From a virus (lineage: Duplodnaviria > Heunggongvirae > Uroviricota > Caudoviricetes), in IMG/VR virus record IMGVR_UViG_3300001533_000890, positions 449 through 64,448 of that record: a stretch of 64,000 nt of DNA; one strand, given 5' to 3'. A program made the translations under genes and the position numbers. The first letter of the stretch is position 1. Each line of letters opens with the position of its first letter. Of this stretch, positions 9,404-19,071 are shown piece by piece. The notes under the pieces were generated by a model. The model was given only the letters and a program-made list of their open reading frames with translations, was not told the origin of the DNA and made no database searches.

Positions 9404-11215
9404 GTGGCAAAAGCATTTTCAATTATTGAAGCAAGGCATCCTCGATACTTCAAAGATATGAGTTATTGGCCCATTTGGCGTGAAGTTTATGAGGGCGGCG
9501 AAGATTATGCAATGTCGACCTTGCAAAAGTTTACGGAGCGGGAGTCAGATACCGACTTTAATATACGCCGCTCAATCACGCCTACACCAACGTACGCAAA
9601 AACAGCTATCAATGATATTCGCAACGCTATCTTTCAGCGGATGCGGGATATTACCCGTCGCGGCGGCTCAACAAGTTATTCCAAAGCAATCAGCGGAGAA
9701 GAGGGAGGCGTTGATCTTAAAGGGAGTACGATGAACGGTTTCTTTGGTATTGATGTTCTTACCGACCTTCTGGTGATGGGGAAGGTGGGCGTATATGTTG
9801 ATATGCCACCACTAGCCGGGCCAACACTCGCGGATGTTGGCGGCGCACGCCCGTATCTCTACCGGTACCAAGTTGAAGATATTTTGTCATGGTCAGTTTC
9901 TAAGCCCTATGATCCTAGTGAATTTCAAGCAATCTTACTCCGGGATAAAGGAGTTGATTTCTCTCAGTACGATATGTCTGGAATCCCGCTTCCTTCGGGG
10001 GAGTTTGAACGTTACAGACTGATTTGGGTTGATGAAGATACCGGGTTTGTTAACGTGCAATTTTATGACACAAGCGGTGCCACCATCACACCAGAAGGAT
10101 TTCCGTCCGACGGGACACCAATTACCTTGGGGCTTACACGAATTCCTTTCGTACTGCTTGATATTGGTGACAGTCTTCTGAAAGATGTAGCCAAACACCA
10201 AGCGGCACTTCTTAACCTAACATCAAGTGACGTGGCCTACGCCCTTAAGGCAAACTATCCATTCTATGTTGAACAGCAAGATTTACGTGCGGTTGGGGAC
10301 CATCTTAAGCACCAAGTAAATCCAGATGGTACCGCTATGGCTGGGGGCCAACCAGGCTCGAACAAGGAAATTACTACCGGCCCGACACACGGCCGTATTT
10401 ATGACATTCGCGCCGAAACACCATCTTTTATCCATCCTTCGCCCGAGCCCCTTGAAGCATCCTTGAAGCTTCAAGAGAAGCTTGAAGATGATATTCGGAA
10501 ACTTGTCAACTTGGCTGTGACTAACAAAATCGGAAAGAGGGCCACGTCGGCGGATGCAATGAAGTTGAGTGACCAGGGTCTTGAAGCCGGTCTGTCCTTC
10601 ATTGGGTTGGTACTGGAAAATGCCGAACGACGTGTGGCACATCATTGGGGTGCGTATGAGGAGCGTAATATTGCAAAGCGACAGGTCGCCCTTATCAAGT
10701 ATCCAGAACGCTACAGTCTGAAAACAGACAGTGATCGAATTACCGAGGCCAAAAGCTTATCTGAGCTTATGACGACGGTGCCCGGCAACACTGTCAAGAA
10801 GGAATTAGCCAAGAATATTGTGACGGCCTTGCTAGCAGGGCGGGTCGAGGTTGCAACTTTGGATACAATCTTTGAGGAGATTGACAAGGCAAAATACGTG
10901 ACAAGTGACGTTGAAACAATTATCAAAGCCCGGGATGCTGGGCTAGTAGGCGAACAACTAGCCTCAGTTGCATTAGGGTTCCCTGCCACAGAGTATCTTA
11001 CGGCCCGAGAGGATCATCTGGCCCGAGTTTTACGAGTAAAGGAAGCTCAAACGGCCCCGGGTGATGAATCAAACCTTGCGGCAAGAGGTGTTCCAGACTT
11101 AGATGCGGAGGCCGCGTCCGGGAAAATCGAACGGGCCGAAGCCACAGACACCACACTACGGGACACGTCGGAAAAACCGACACGCGGCTCGGGTCAAGCA
11201 CAGGAGAATAACTAA
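9404..11215 (+). CDS. portal protein (candidate)
   Basis: 603 aa. GTG start 9404 lies 6 nt after an AGAGGAG ribosome-binding site. Assigned by size and synteny after the terminase. Confidence 0.5.
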   Translation: MAKAFSIIEARHPRYFKDMSYWPIWREVYEGGEDYAMSTLQKFTERESDTDFNIRRSITPTPTYAKTAINDIRNAIFQRMRDITRRGGSTSYSKAISGEEGGVDLKGSTMNGFFGIDVLTDLLVMGKVGVYVDMPPLAGPTLADVGGARPYLYRYQVEDILSWSVSKPYDPSEFQAILLRDKGVDFSQYDMSGIPLPSGEFERYRLIWVDEDTGFVNVQFYDTSGATITPEGFPSDGTPITLGLTRIPFVLLDIGDSLLKDVAKHQAALLNLTSSDVAYALKANYPFYVEQQDLRAVGDHLKHQVNPDGTAMAGGQPGSNKEITTGPTHGRIYDIRAETPSFIHPSPEPLEASLKLQEKLEDDIRKLVNLAVTNKIGKRATSADAMKLSDQGLEAGLSFIGLVLENAERRVAHHWGAYEERNIAKRQVALIKYPERYSLKTDSDRITEAKSLSELMTTVPGNTVKKELAKNIVTALLAGRVEVATLDTIFEEIDKAKYVTSDVETIIKARDAGLVGEQLASVALGFPATEYLTAREDHLARVLRVKEAQTAPGDESNLAARGVPDLDAEAASGKIERAEATDTTLRDTSEKPTRGSGQAQENN

Positions 11216-11547
11216 TGCTACCTATTCAAATTGGTCAAGAGTCATACGAAGCAAGAGATGTTCACCACGGCTGCACGGAAGTTGGAACAACAGAAGTTGG
11301 CCTTATTAACCCCGACCTCCATTTTCACACTGGAATTGTAGTTCGGGCACCAGGGGCAGATGACCCAACTCCAAATACTGCGCCGGTTTGGATTGGGCGC
11401 AAGGGCGTGACAGCAAACAATAACGAACAAACAGGAGGTTTTCCCGTGATGCCGGGAGCAGTTTTAACTATCCCAGTTGACCGCCCAGCCGCCCTTTACT
11501 GTATTTCAACGGCCGCTGGCCAGACTCTTGCTTGGATGGGGGTGTAA
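11215..11547 (+). CDS. hypothetical protein (head module)
   Basis: 110-aa ORF with an ATGA overlap onto the portal stop. Confidence 0.35.
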   Translation: MLPIQIGQESYEARDVHHGCTEVGTTEVGLINPDLHFHTGIVVRAPGADDPTPNTAPVWIGRKGVTANNNEQTGGFPVMPGAVLTIPVDRPAALYCISTAAGQTLAWMGV

Positions 11548-11548
11548 A

Positions 11549-12541
11549 ATGCGTTTCAATTACTCCTACAGTCCTGGCAGGGGCAGCAGTTCTGAATTAC
11601 CGCTTGTCCCGGTAACTAAGGTTCTCTATGTTGACCAAAATAGAAGTGATACTTACACCGAGGACGGGTCTCCTTCGCGGCCGTTCAAAACAATTTCGGC
11701 CGCAGTTGCCGTCGCAACCTCCAGCACAACAATTAGGGTGATCCCGGGGACCACTTATGTAGAAGATATTACCCTGCCCGCAAATGTTTCCCTTGAAGGG
11801 TTCGGGGCAAATTACTTGACTTTGGATGGTGACCTGACCGTGTCATCTGGCGGGCAAACAAGTCTTCGGTTCCTCCGGGTTATCGGCACAGGAAACTCGG
11901 TAACAATTGATTCCAACTGCATCCTTTGGGACACCTATTTTAGCTGTGCCACAGTCGTGGGCGGTTCGGCAACAATTCAAAGTTACAATGCACATATCGT
12001 TCCCCCGGCCGGTGTGACCGCCCTTACCATGAACTCGACGGGTAAGTTTCATTCGCTGATTTCGACGATTGCATCGACCGATGATGTTCCAACAATCCAT
12101 CAAACAGCAGGGACTTTGGTCCTGAACACTGTTTTAGTTTCTGGGAGTCGCGTCGGACCAGTTATTTTGTCGGAGGGCGGGACTGTAGCTATCCTCAACA
12201 CACAAGCCCTGAATATGGCGGGCGGGATTGCAATTGATGGCAGCGCAAACTCAGCTACAGGTTCAAATCCAAACTTGATTTCCAGTGTTCTAGCAATTGG
12301 CAATATTGATTTTGCAGCAAAGCCCGTACTGTCAGATGGCGCTCAATTTTTAGGGGTTGGAAGTTTGTTAGGTACAGCAGTAACGCATCGTGCCGCCAGC
12401 CAGATTGATAATGACTCAAGCCTTACGGGTAGCACAGTTAAGGATGCTTTAGACTCTGTTGCATGGGTTCCCGACATGCCCGCTGACGGTGATTGGGTGC
12501 TGCGGGTTTCTGGCGGCGTTGCAACATGGGTATCCGCATAA
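11549..12541 (+). CDS. parallel beta-helix-like repeat protein in the head morphogenesis module
   Basis: Gly/Thr/Val/Asn-rich repeats such as IRVIPGTTYVEDITLPANVSLEGFGANYLTLDGDLTVSSGG are typical of right-handed beta-helix proteins. Confidence 0.4.
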   Translation: MRFNYSYSPGRGSSSELPLVPVTKVLYVDQNRSDTYTEDGSPSRPFKTISAAVAVATSSTTIRVIPGTTYVEDITLPANVSLEGFGANYLTLDGDLTVSSGGQTSLRFLRVIGTGNSVTIDSNCILWDTYFSCATVVGGSATIQSYNAHIVPPAGVTALTMNSTGKFHSLISTIASTDDVPTIHQTAGTLVLNTVLVSGSRVGPVILSEGGTVAILNTQALNMAGGIAIDGSANSATGSNPNLISSVLAIGNIDFAAKPVLSDGAQFLGVGSLLGTAVTHRAASQIDNDSSLTGSTVKDALDSVAWVPDMPADGDWVLRVSGGVATWVSA

Positions 12542-12548
12542 GGAGTGA

Positions 12549-13073
12549 ATGATGTACAGTTTTTACGGCACAATTAGCGAAGCGAATGAATACTTCATGC
12601 ACCGATTGCATGAAAGTGCGTGGTCAGATTCATCTCCCGATGATAGACGCAAAGCACTTATTCGCGCAACTGCTTTAATTGACCGTTTAAACTTTAAGGG
12701 AGAGAAAGCGGCTGTCTATGCTTTAATGCACGCGGACGGCACGGAACGCAGGCCGACACCTGCGGAACGAAGGGAAGCAGAAGTATCGCAGGAGTTGGAA
12801 TTCCCGCGTGGCACGGATACGGAAGTACCTCAGGAAATTAAGATTGCCTGCTGGGAACTTTCGCATGCTTTATTAGACGGAATTGATCCTGACCTTGAAA
12901 TTGATAACCTGGGAGTGGTCAGCCAGGGCATTGTGTCGGTCCGTACAACTTACAGCCGGGAGCAAACTCAAAACGAGCATATCCTGCATGGTATTGTAAG
13001 TGCCTCAGCGTGGAGATACCTACGCCCATTTCTGAGGGACGGCGGCATAATCAAACTTAGTAGGGTTGACTAA
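12549..13073 (+). CDS. hypothetical head-morphogenesis protein
   Basis: 174 aa with an AAGGAG ribosome-binding site, lying between the beta-helix protein and the scaffold. Confidence 0.4.
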   Translation: MMYSFYGTISEANEYFMHRLHESAWSDSSPDDRRKALIRATALIDRLNFKGEKAAVYALMHADGTERRPTPAERREAEVSQELEFPRGTDTEVPQEIKIACWELSHALLDGIDPDLEIDNLGVVSQGIVSVRTTYSREQTQNEHILHGIVSASAWRYLRPFLRDGGIIKLSRVD

Positions 13074-13091
13074 CTGTGTTAGGAGTAAATC

Positions 13092-14042
13092 ATGGCGTCG
13101 AATCTTAATTGGTACAACTTTTTTCTCTCGAACCCTGTTCTAGCCTGCTTTGAGGGCGACGACGGTGGCGACGATGATGGTGGTGGTGGCGACAACGGTG
13201 GTGATAACGGCGGCGATGGCGGCGATGACGATGTTAAGGCAGCCGAGCGTGAAGCTCAGCAAGCCAAAGAGGCAGCCGAAGCTAAGGCTCAGCGGGCGCG
13301 CGAGGCAGCAGAGGAAGCCCGAAAGCGTCGAGAAAAGGCATTTTCTCAAGAGGACCTTAACCGAACTCTTGCAGAAGATCGTCGTAAGCACCAGGAAAAA
13401 TACAAAACCCTGGAAGAAAGCTACAAGCAAATCCTCGCGGACAAAAATCTGCAACGGGAGCAGCGGACGCGGCTAGAAGCTGAGCTTGCCGACCTACAAA
13501 AGTCATTCCGTACTAAAGAGCAACAAGCTGAGTACGAACGAAAGCAAGAGCGTGAGCGATTTAAGTCCGAACTTGAAGGCACCAAAGAGTCCGCCATTCG
13601 GTGGGAGAACCTTTATAAGAAGTCTGTAATTGATCGGTCACTTCAAGACGCTGCGGTCAGTGCAGATGCCTTCAACCCGGGCCAGATTACAGGTTTGCTT
13701 CGTCCTATGACCAAGATGGTTGAAAAAACGGACGAGAATGGCGAACCTATTGATGAATTTTCACCTATGATTGACTTCCCCGATATTGATGAAAAGACGG
13801 GGGAGCAAGTCATTACGTTACGAACCCCTGCTGAGGCTGTTCAGCGTATGAAAGAGTTGCCGGAGCTTTTTGGTAACCTCTTCCGTGCGAATGTTGTGAG
13901 CGGTATTGGCTCTGGTTCCGCCACCGGCGGCGTACAGTCGGGAGAGGGCGGTCGTATTGATCCAACGAAACTGTCACCTGAGCAGTATCGAAAGCTTCGC
14001 AGGGAGAACCCTGAGGCCCTGGGGCTTCGACGACGACCGTAG
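13092..14042 (+). CDS. scaffolding protein
   Basis: Gly/Asp low-complexity N-terminus, long K/E/R-rich coiled coil, immediately upstream of the major capsid gene. Confidence 0.55.
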   Translation: MASNLNWYNFFLSNPVLACFEGDDGGDDDGGGGDNGGDNGGDGGDDDVKAAEREAQQAKEAAEAKAQRAREAAEEARKRREKAFSQEDLNRTLAEDRRKHQEKYKTLEESYKQILADKNLQREQRTRLEAELADLQKSFRTKEQQAEYERKQERERFKSELEGTKESAIRWENLYKKSVIDRSLQDAAVSADAFNPGQITGLLRPMTKMVEKTDENGEPIDEFSPMIDFPDIDEKTGEQVITLRTPAEAVQRMKELPELFGNLFRANVVSGIGSGSATGGVQSGEGGRIDPTKLSPEQYRKLRRENPEALGLRRRP

Positions 14043-14051
14043 GAAAGACAG

Positions 14052-14130
14052 GGGTTTGTCGGTCACCCTTTGTCGGGGACCATTAGTTTGACTGCCCTGA
14101 CAAAGGGCGTAACAACACCAAGACTAGGAG
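14052..14130 (+). promoter_or_regulatory. intergenic stem-loop between scaffold and capsid genes
   Basis: CCCTTTGTC ... GACAAAGGG inverted repeat (9 bp) with a ~25-nt loop. Confidence 0.3.
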
Positions 14131-14137
14131 TAGCGAG

Positions 14138-15562
14138 ATGAATCTACTTTGCAGTGATCCAGTATTGGCATGCTATGTCAATGACAATGATGCTATGACC
14201 CCCGAACTATGGGCACAAGAAGGTCTGGCCATTCTTGAAGAGAATATGGTCATGGCTCAACTGGTCCACCGGGATTTCAGCCTTGACGTCGCTAACTTTG
14301 GCGATGTGGTAAACACCCGGCGACCCGGGACATTCCAAGCAAAACGTAAGACTGATGCCGACGATGTCATCAGCCAAGCGGCTAACACAACGAATGTCCA
14401 GGTTCCGTTGAACCAGCACATTTACGTAACCTTCACCATCAAAGATGGTGAGGCTAGCAAGTCATTCCAAGACTTGGTGGAAATGTTCCTGACCCCCGGG
14501 GCCCAGGAAATTGCTAGCTCGGTTGATCGTATTCTGTGCGGCCAAGCACACCGTTATCTGGCCAACCGCGCTGGTCGCCTTGGTGAGATGACTGGTACTA
14601 ACGCCAAAGCATTCATGCTTGCGGCCCGAGAAAAGATGAACGTCAACAAGGCGTATCCTTCTGGCCGTAACATGATTCTTACACCGAGTTCAGAAACCGA
14701 GTGTTTGAACACTGAACTGTTTGTCAGTGCGGACAAACGAGGCGATGACGGCACAGCTCTGCGTGAGGCTAGTCTAGGCCGCGTGCTGGGCTTCGATACG
14801 TTCATGGACCAGAACATGCTGGGCGTTAGTAAAGAGAGCGTCGACTATGTCGACGGTACTACTACGTCCTCAGTGGCTCGTGGCGTGTCAACTATTCCTG
14901 TTGATATTGCCGGTCACGTTGTGGTTGCCGGAGAGTACGTGTGGCTAGAAGGCGAGGGTCAACCCCACGTAGTGGCATCGGCCACCGACGATGGTACGGA
15001 TACCAGTGAGATTGTTCTTGTTAGCCCGCTGGAAGCGGCCGTTGCTAACGGTGCAGTTGTGACCGTATCAAAGGCTTGTTTTGTTGATAATGCGGCTGGC
15101 TACGCTGCCGGTTATTCAAAAGGAATCCGCCTTGATGACGGTGCTGGTACTTCTTTCCCAGTGCCTCAGCGTGGTCAGTTGCTTGCCTTTGGAACGGGTG
15201 CTGGTCGGCGGGTTTATTCCGTTATTGATGCCGGGGTTGATCCAGACGATGCTAACAAGGTAATCGTTCTACTGGATCGTCCGCTTGAAGTTGGCTTATC
15301 CAACAATGACGAGGCGTACCCCGGTCCAGCCGGATCGTTCAACCTGGCATTCCATCGGAACGCTTTGGCTCTCGTATCACGTCCGCTGGTGCTTCCGAAC
15401 ACCGCCCTTGGTGTCCGGTCGGCCGTTGGAACCTACAACGATGTAACCATGCGTGTTTCCATGCAGTATAACATCAACTCACAGGGTACGGTGGTCACTC
15501 TCGACCTGCTCTGCGGTGTTGCTTTGCTGGATGAGAATCTTGGCTGCGTTATGCTAGGCTAA
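14138..15562 (+). CDS. major capsid protein (candidate)
   Basis: 474 aa, directly after the scaffold and followed by a strong intrinsic terminator. N-terminal DPVLAC motif is shared with the scaffold. Confidence 0.55.
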   Translation: MNLLCSDPVLACYVNDNDAMTPELWAQEGLAILEENMVMAQLVHRDFSLDVANFGDVVNTRRPGTFQAKRKTDADDVISQAANTTNVQVPLNQHIYVTFTIKDGEASKSFQDLVEMFLTPGAQEIASSVDRILCGQAHRYLANRAGRLGEMTGTNAKAFMLAAREKMNVNKAYPSGRNMILTPSSETECLNTELFVSADKRGDDGTALREASLGRVLGFDTFMDQNMLGVSKESVDYVDGTTTSSVARGVSTIPVDIAGHVVVAGEYVWLEGEGQPHVVASATDDGTDTSEIVLVSPLEAAVANGAVVTVSKACFVDNAAGYAAGYSKGIRLDDGAGTSFPVPQRGQLLAFGTGAGRRVYSVIDAGVDPDDANKVIVLLDRPLEVGLSNNDEAYPGPAGSFNLAFHRNALALVSRPLVLPNTALGVRSAVGTYNDVTMRVSMQYNINSQGTVVTLDLLCGVALLDENLGCVMLG

Positions 15563-15572
15563 CCCCTGTTGA

Positions 15573-15600
15573 GCTGGGCGGGCTTCGGCCCGCCCGGCTT
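15573..15600 (+). terminator. rho-independent terminator after the capsid gene
   Basis: GGGCGGGCttcgGCCCGCCC hairpin followed by a T-run. Confidence 0.7.
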
Positions 15601-15615
15601 ACTTTTGGAGATTTT

Positions 15616-15933
15616 ATGATGATTCTTTTCGCAGGGTTTGGCACGGATATGTGGGTCGATTTATTGGCTAATTTTGGCCCGCTTGTTGGCGTTGTACTGT
15701 TTTTTATTTGGCGTGATTGGAAGCGAGAGGACGCCTTGTCAGCGAGGGTAGAGCGACTAGAGCAATACCAGCATGAAACACTACTTAATCTCGTGGAACG
15801 GTCAACAACAGTTTTAGCTCAAAATGCCGAGTGTTTAAGCTGGGTTGCCCGCGTCATGGAACGTCTTTGTAGCCGATGTCCTTTTGTAGAGTCCCGAGAT
15901 ATGCCAGAGGGGGTTCGTGATGGCCACCGGTAA
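15616..15933 (+). CDS. small membrane protein
   Basis: 105 aa, N-terminal hydrophobic helices. Confidence 0.35.
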   Translation: MMILFAGFGTDMWVDLLANFGPLVGVVLFFIWRDWKREDALSARVERLEQYQHETLLNLVERSTTVLAQNAECLSWVARVMERLCSRCPFVESRDMPEGVRDGHR

Positions 15934-16420
15934 CACATGGATGAATAGCTTCATCTGGCGCACGCTTTACAGTCTTAAACGACAGTATGGTGGGCCGGTT
16001 GATGTCTACAAGTTACTATCTGCCGGCACGGACTATAAAACAGGGGTTAAGACTAGTAGTAAATCCGTGGTGTCGATCCGTCGTTGTATTGTCTTACCCG
16101 TGAAAATTCAACGAGAAGCTATCCGATCAATTGCACACCTATCGGCCAACAAAATGTTTTCAATGGGCGGGACATTCGATGCGGGGGTCCGTATATTTGT
16201 AATTGACCGCCGAGATGTTCCTAAAGACTTTGAGATAGCCCAAGATGACTGGCTCGTTTACGACGCACGTCGCTATGAAATCAAAGATCTTCAAGAACTG
16301 GAACAAAGAACAGCTTGGATTATCACCGGTAAGGAAGTCAAAGGATGCAGACCTGAGCAAGTTATCTCGAAACAAGTAGAAAGCTTCATGGACTTGTCCC
16401 ACGGTGAGGGGGATGACTAA
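15917..16420 (+). CDS. hypothetical head-tail joining module protein
   Basis: 167 aa, located between the capsid and tail genes. Confidence 0.4.
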   Translation: MMATGNTWMNSFIWRTLYSLKRQYGGPVDVYKLLSAGTDYKTGVKTSSKSVVSIRRCIVLPVKIQREAIRSIAHLSANKMFSMGGTFDAGVRIFVIDRRDVPKDFEIAQDDWLVYDARRYEIKDLQELEQRTAWIITGKEVKGCRPEQVISKQVESFMDLSHGEGDD

Positions 16421-16905
16421 TGCAAGAAAATATCGCACGTTGGATTACTGCCTCAGTTGCCGACTATTTCAAAGCTAAAGCTGACGGTATTCCGTTGCCT
16501 TTTCTTGTGGAAGGTGTAGATGAACGAACTGGCGAGGACATGACCGAAAGTCATGCTGAACTCCGAGTTAGCGGTCCTTTTGTGAAAGAGGTTAGCAAAA
16601 ATTACTGGCGGGCCCATGTTGACATCAATGTTATGTTGACAAGCTTTATGCAAATGACGCGCGAAAATGCCTACGATCTTAATAGGTGGGGAGGTATTTT
16701 TTTGGCGGCTATGATGGTGCCTATACCAATTTTCAGGTATGGTATTGGAGCAGGGGATGATGAAACTCTAATCGGCTGTTTGACACAGCGAAAAGGTTTT
16801 AGCGAACCGGCAAGATTAATTTCTTTCGGCCAAATAAGCCAGGTTGAACGTGTTCGACAGGCGGTGGTTGACGGTAAGTTTGAAATCTTTGTTAGTACGG
16901 GGTAG
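16420..16905 (+). CDS. hypothetical head-tail joining module protein
   Basis: 161 aa, ATGA overlap with the previous gene. Confidence 0.4.
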   Translation: MQENIARWITASVADYFKAKADGIPLPFLVEGVDERTGEDMTESHAELRVSGPFVKEVSKNYWRAHVDINVMLTSFMQMTRENAYDLNRWGGIFLAAMMVPIPIFRYGIGAGDDETLIGCLTQRKGFSEPARLISFGQISQVERVRQAVVDGKFEIFVSTG

Positions 16906-17026
16906 CAGGCCCTGGGTGGCCATTGAACGGCCGTGATAGTAAGTCGGAACTGCGAGCTAGCAATAGCTGCCGACTGTTTTGGGTACAAACCCTTTTTAGT
17001 TTACCTTTGAGTAACAGGAGGCTGAC

Positions 17027-17779
17027 ATGGCCAGAATTGAATTGAGGCACACTACCATCCGGATGAAAGATGGGCTAGCGGGATCCGCCACAGTTGATAC
17101 AGCCGCCCCAGACGCGGCTGATACAAGTGTAGCGGTGGCAAATGTTGATCTTAACACCGACGTTACAGACCTTGTCCCTATCGGGGCCCGCTTCACGGTA
17201 AGTACCGCATTGAATGATACGGTATATGTTGTGACCGGCAGAACCCCCTCAACAGACGGGCCAACGACTGAGATTGAGTTTTCACCGGCTTGGGGTTCCG
17301 TAACACCGGCAGAGGACGATGTCCTCACCTTCCTGCCGCAGCAGATTGACATTAAGATTGGAGAGGGGAACCTTACTTGGACGGAGAGTAAGGAATATGA
17401 ATACCTTCTTGATCGGGGTGATCTGGACACCGTTCGCGAAATGGATGAACAACCCCTGGACCTGTCATTAAACTTTGTCTACGAACATGTAATGTCAGGC
17501 ACGGGGGAGTCTATTTCTCCGGTTGAAGCTGTGAAAGGAATTGGAGCCGCTGCTGAATGGGTTAACAGTGCCGCTGATCCGTGTGAACCGTACAGCGTAG
17601 ACTTGGAAATTCTACACTGTGTTCCGTGCGGTCCAATTGATGACGAGCGTGTTATCTTCCCAGAGTTTCGATTCGAGAGCCTGGAATATGATCTAGGCGA
17701 AGCGGCAATTGCGGTCTCTGGCCGTTGTAACGTGAGTGAGGCAGTTGTTACTCGCGGCGACTTTGACGACTGTGCTTAG
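17027..17779 (+). CDS. major tail (tube) protein candidate
   Basis: 250 aa with a GGAGG ribosome-binding site, followed by a strong terminator. Lies upstream of the chaperone and tape measure genes. Confidence 0.4.
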   Translation: MARIELRHTTIRMKDGLAGSATVDTAAPDAADTSVAVANVDLNTDVTDLVPIGARFTVSTALNDTVYVVTGRTPSTDGPTTEIEFSPAWGSVTPAEDDVLTFLPQQIDIKIGEGNLTWTESKEYEYLLDRGDLDTVREMDEQPLDLSLNFVYEHVMSGTGESISPVEAVKGIGAAAEWVNSAADPCEPYSVDLEILHCVPCGPIDDERVIFPEFRFESLEYDLGEAAIAVSGRCNVSEAVVTRGDFDDCA

Positions 17780-17794
17780 TCCGTGAGTCTGTTA

Positions 17795-17823
17795 AGGGGC
17801 GGGGAAACCCGCCCCGTTTTTAC
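17795..17823 (+). terminator. rho-independent terminator
   Basis: GGGGCGGGgaaaCCCGCCCC followed by TTTTT. Confidence 0.7.
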
Positions 17824-17843
17824 CTTGTTCTTTTAGAGGGAGA

Positions 17844-18374
17844 ATGATTATGAGAATTGGTGGTGTTGAACTGACTGGTCCGAACGAAGAAATTCTAGTC
17901 CTACCCCGTTTGTCGGGTGATATTGTAATTCGAGCACGGGCGGTTTCTGATATGTCGGACTTTGAAAAACTCGTGCCAGAACCAAAGGCTCCCGGAAAAC
18001 TTACCAAGGATGGTTGGGTGCCGCAGCTTGATGATGAAACTTTTAAGCAACGTATGGAAGCTTACCACACCCAACGTTTTGCTTACATGGTAATTAAGTC
18101 CCTTGCTCCCAGTGAGATTGAATGGGATAAGGTTCGACTTGATAACCCCCAGACATGGAAGCACTGGGACAAGGAGCTTCGTGAGGCAGGGCTGGCTGAG
18201 ACCGAAGTCAACCGAATCACGGTGTGCGTCATGCAGGCAAATTCACTGGATGAACGAAAACTTAAGGAAGCCCGCGAGCTTTTTCTACGTGGGATGGCGG
18301 AGGAAGTAAGCTCGTCCTCTGGCCACCCAACCGAACCGGAGAATATGCCGTCTGGCGAGCTTGCGACCGATTAG
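17844..18374 (+). CDS. tail assembly chaperone candidate (G-like)
   Basis: 176 aa, two genes upstream of the tape measure protein. The -1 frame stays open from 18266 to 18547. Confidence 0.4.
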   Translation: MIMRIGGVELTGPNEEILVLPRLSGDIVIRARAVSDMSDFEKLVPEPKAPGKLTKDGWVPQLDDETFKQRMEAYHTQRFAYMVIKSLAPSEIEWDKVRLDNPQTWKHWDKELREAGLAETEVNRITVCVMQANSLDERKLKEARELFLRGMAEEVSSSSGHPTEPENMPSGELATD

Positions 18375-18546
18375 GTGTTCGCCCGCCCGGGGTGAAAGAG
18401 TCTTGGGATGACTGCACAACCTGGGTACAAGCCTTGATAATTGCTTACGATCAAACAAGGCAACATGAGGAAGTTGAAGAAATAAAAGCATTAGCAGGTA
18501 GCGGCGGGAAAGCAGCACCAGCGGCAAGAAAGGCTCGGCGTAAGTA

Positions 18547-19071
18547 ATGAGATTTACGTACAAGTTTACAGCGCTGGACTTTGATCTTGAGGCGTACCGA
18601 CGATACCTAAATGATTACATGCTCGATTGGCTGAAACAAGCGGGTCGAGAATGGCTTAATGCGACAGTTCTTGCAACTCCAACCTTGATCCCAACCTGGT
18701 CCAGAGCCTCCCGGGCAACCTTTGAAAAGTTAGCCCGGGAGCTAGGGACATCAATTCCTTACGGCCCGTTGAAAAGTCGCAAAAACCGAAAACCCCTGGG
18801 TCTTGCGAGTGGGAGTGGCAGCCGCTTAATTATTGACCCAAAAGGATCTCGGTGGCACTTTCGGTACGAGAACACCCTACGGTATCTTGCGTACAACGAG
18901 TATAATGTTGTGGTACCCGGGGTGGCTCCAAATGTTTTTCACGGGCTTATTCATCCGACACCATACCGTTTCCAAGATAAAGGTCGAAAAGCGTTTGAAG
19001 AGTTTATCCGCTTTACCCGGCTACCAAACCCGCTACAACGACAGTTCCTCCGCCGTGTGAAAGTAAACTAA
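18547..19071 (+). CDS. hypothetical tail protein immediately upstream of the tape measure gene
   Basis: 174 aa, TAATG overlap, ends at the tape measure start. Confidence 0.4.
   Translation: MRFTYKFTALDFDLEAYRRYLNDYMLDWLKQAGREWLNATVLATPTLIPTWSRASRATFEKLARELGTSIPYGPLKSRKNRKPLGLASGSGSRLIIDPKGSRWHFRYENTLRYLAYNEYNVVVPGVAPNVFHGLIHPTPYRFQDKGRKAFEEFIRFTRLPNPLQRQFLRRVKVN

Noticed and set aside
18270-18300. Canonical X XXY YYZ slippery heptamer for the proposed -1 frameshift
   Set aside because: Only a T5 run (CTTTTTC) is present in the overlap and no perfect heptamer. The frameshift is therefore kept as a low-confidence hypothesis rather than a feature.
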